From: an uncultured Nitrososphaeraceae archaeon
Lineage (GTDB): Archaea > Thermoproteota > Nitrososphaeria > Nitrososphaerales > Nitrososphaeraceae
Reading direction: 5' to 3'
NCBI GenBank assembly: GCA_963765895.1
Contig: CAVXZB010000083.1
Coordinates: 1 to 19,935, forward strand
DNA: 19,935 nt
Shown: in pieces, positions 19,594 to 19,935 of the stretch
Numbering within the stretch: position 1 is the stretch's first letter
Layout: each line of letters opens with the position of its first letter
Notes under the pieces: model-generated
Database searches by the model: none
Told to the model about the DNA's origin: nothing
Seen by the model: only the letters and a program-made list of their open reading frames with translations
Made by a program: the position numbers and the translations under genes

Positions 19594-19769
19594 TCAAGAA
19601 GTACGAAAAGCCACCTTAAGATTAGTTTGCATTTGAGTCATATCTTGTTGTGTTTTTCCGTGTTCTTTCATTCCATATTCGGCTCCATCTCTAATAACTT
19701 CTTCCTCGGCTTCTCCTTTAGCACCTAATCGCAGTCGCATCCTGCATCACGACAAGACAGTGTCTTCAT
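19594..19769 (-). pseudogene. DUF1059-family small metal-binding protein, disrupted
   Basis: MKTLSCRDAGCDCD*, then a 1 nt shift to AKGEAEEEVIRDGAEYGMKEHGKTQQDMTQMQTNLKVAFRTS*. This fits the CxDxGxxC...GETEEEV...HG pattern; TTTTAATATA lies about 25 nt upstream. Confidence 0.75.
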
Positions 19770-19935
19770 ATCTAAATTAAGAGTATGGTCTATATTAAAA
19801 CAATTCCTTTAGACTACATGTAATACATATTATAGACATAAATCTACTGAGATTCATAGAAGCAAATCATTGATCGGCACTAGGTACTGTAGATATGCTC
19901 TTCACTATATTGTCAGGAAGCCGGCGAAATGCAGC

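Overview
AT-rich (roughly one-third GC by eye) archaeal DNA. The gene types suggest an ammonia-oxidising archaeon of the Nitrososphaerales; this is an inference from the small winged-helix regulator, roadblock-like protein, DUF892 ferritin-like protein, class III PhaC, DUF1059 and TATA-type promoters. The window is accessory and heavily decayed. (1) A ~2 kb segment (2003-4003) lies between two complementary tRNA T-arm/acceptor remnants and carries a 6x ATTTGAC array and a broken HTH/coiled-coil gene. (2) A plasmid-like integrated element (~6.8-12.0 kb) has a broken tyrosine integrase, a divergent wHTH gene, and an RHH/CopG, Zn-protein, hypothetical and Rep_trans-like initiator operon ending in a palindrome-rich putative origin. 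(3) Directly downstream, a 1.29 kb segment is bounded by long inverted repeats whose perfect 58 bp core resembles a tyrosine-recombinase site (11-7-11 plus a third arm). (4) Broken SemiSWEET, PhaE-like/PhaC and DUF1059 genes follow, with several small proteins missing from the ORF track. GCCGGC-core palindromes are strongly over-represented. No rRNA, intact tRNA or CRISPR array was seen. All family calls come from reading motifs by eye, not from database searches.
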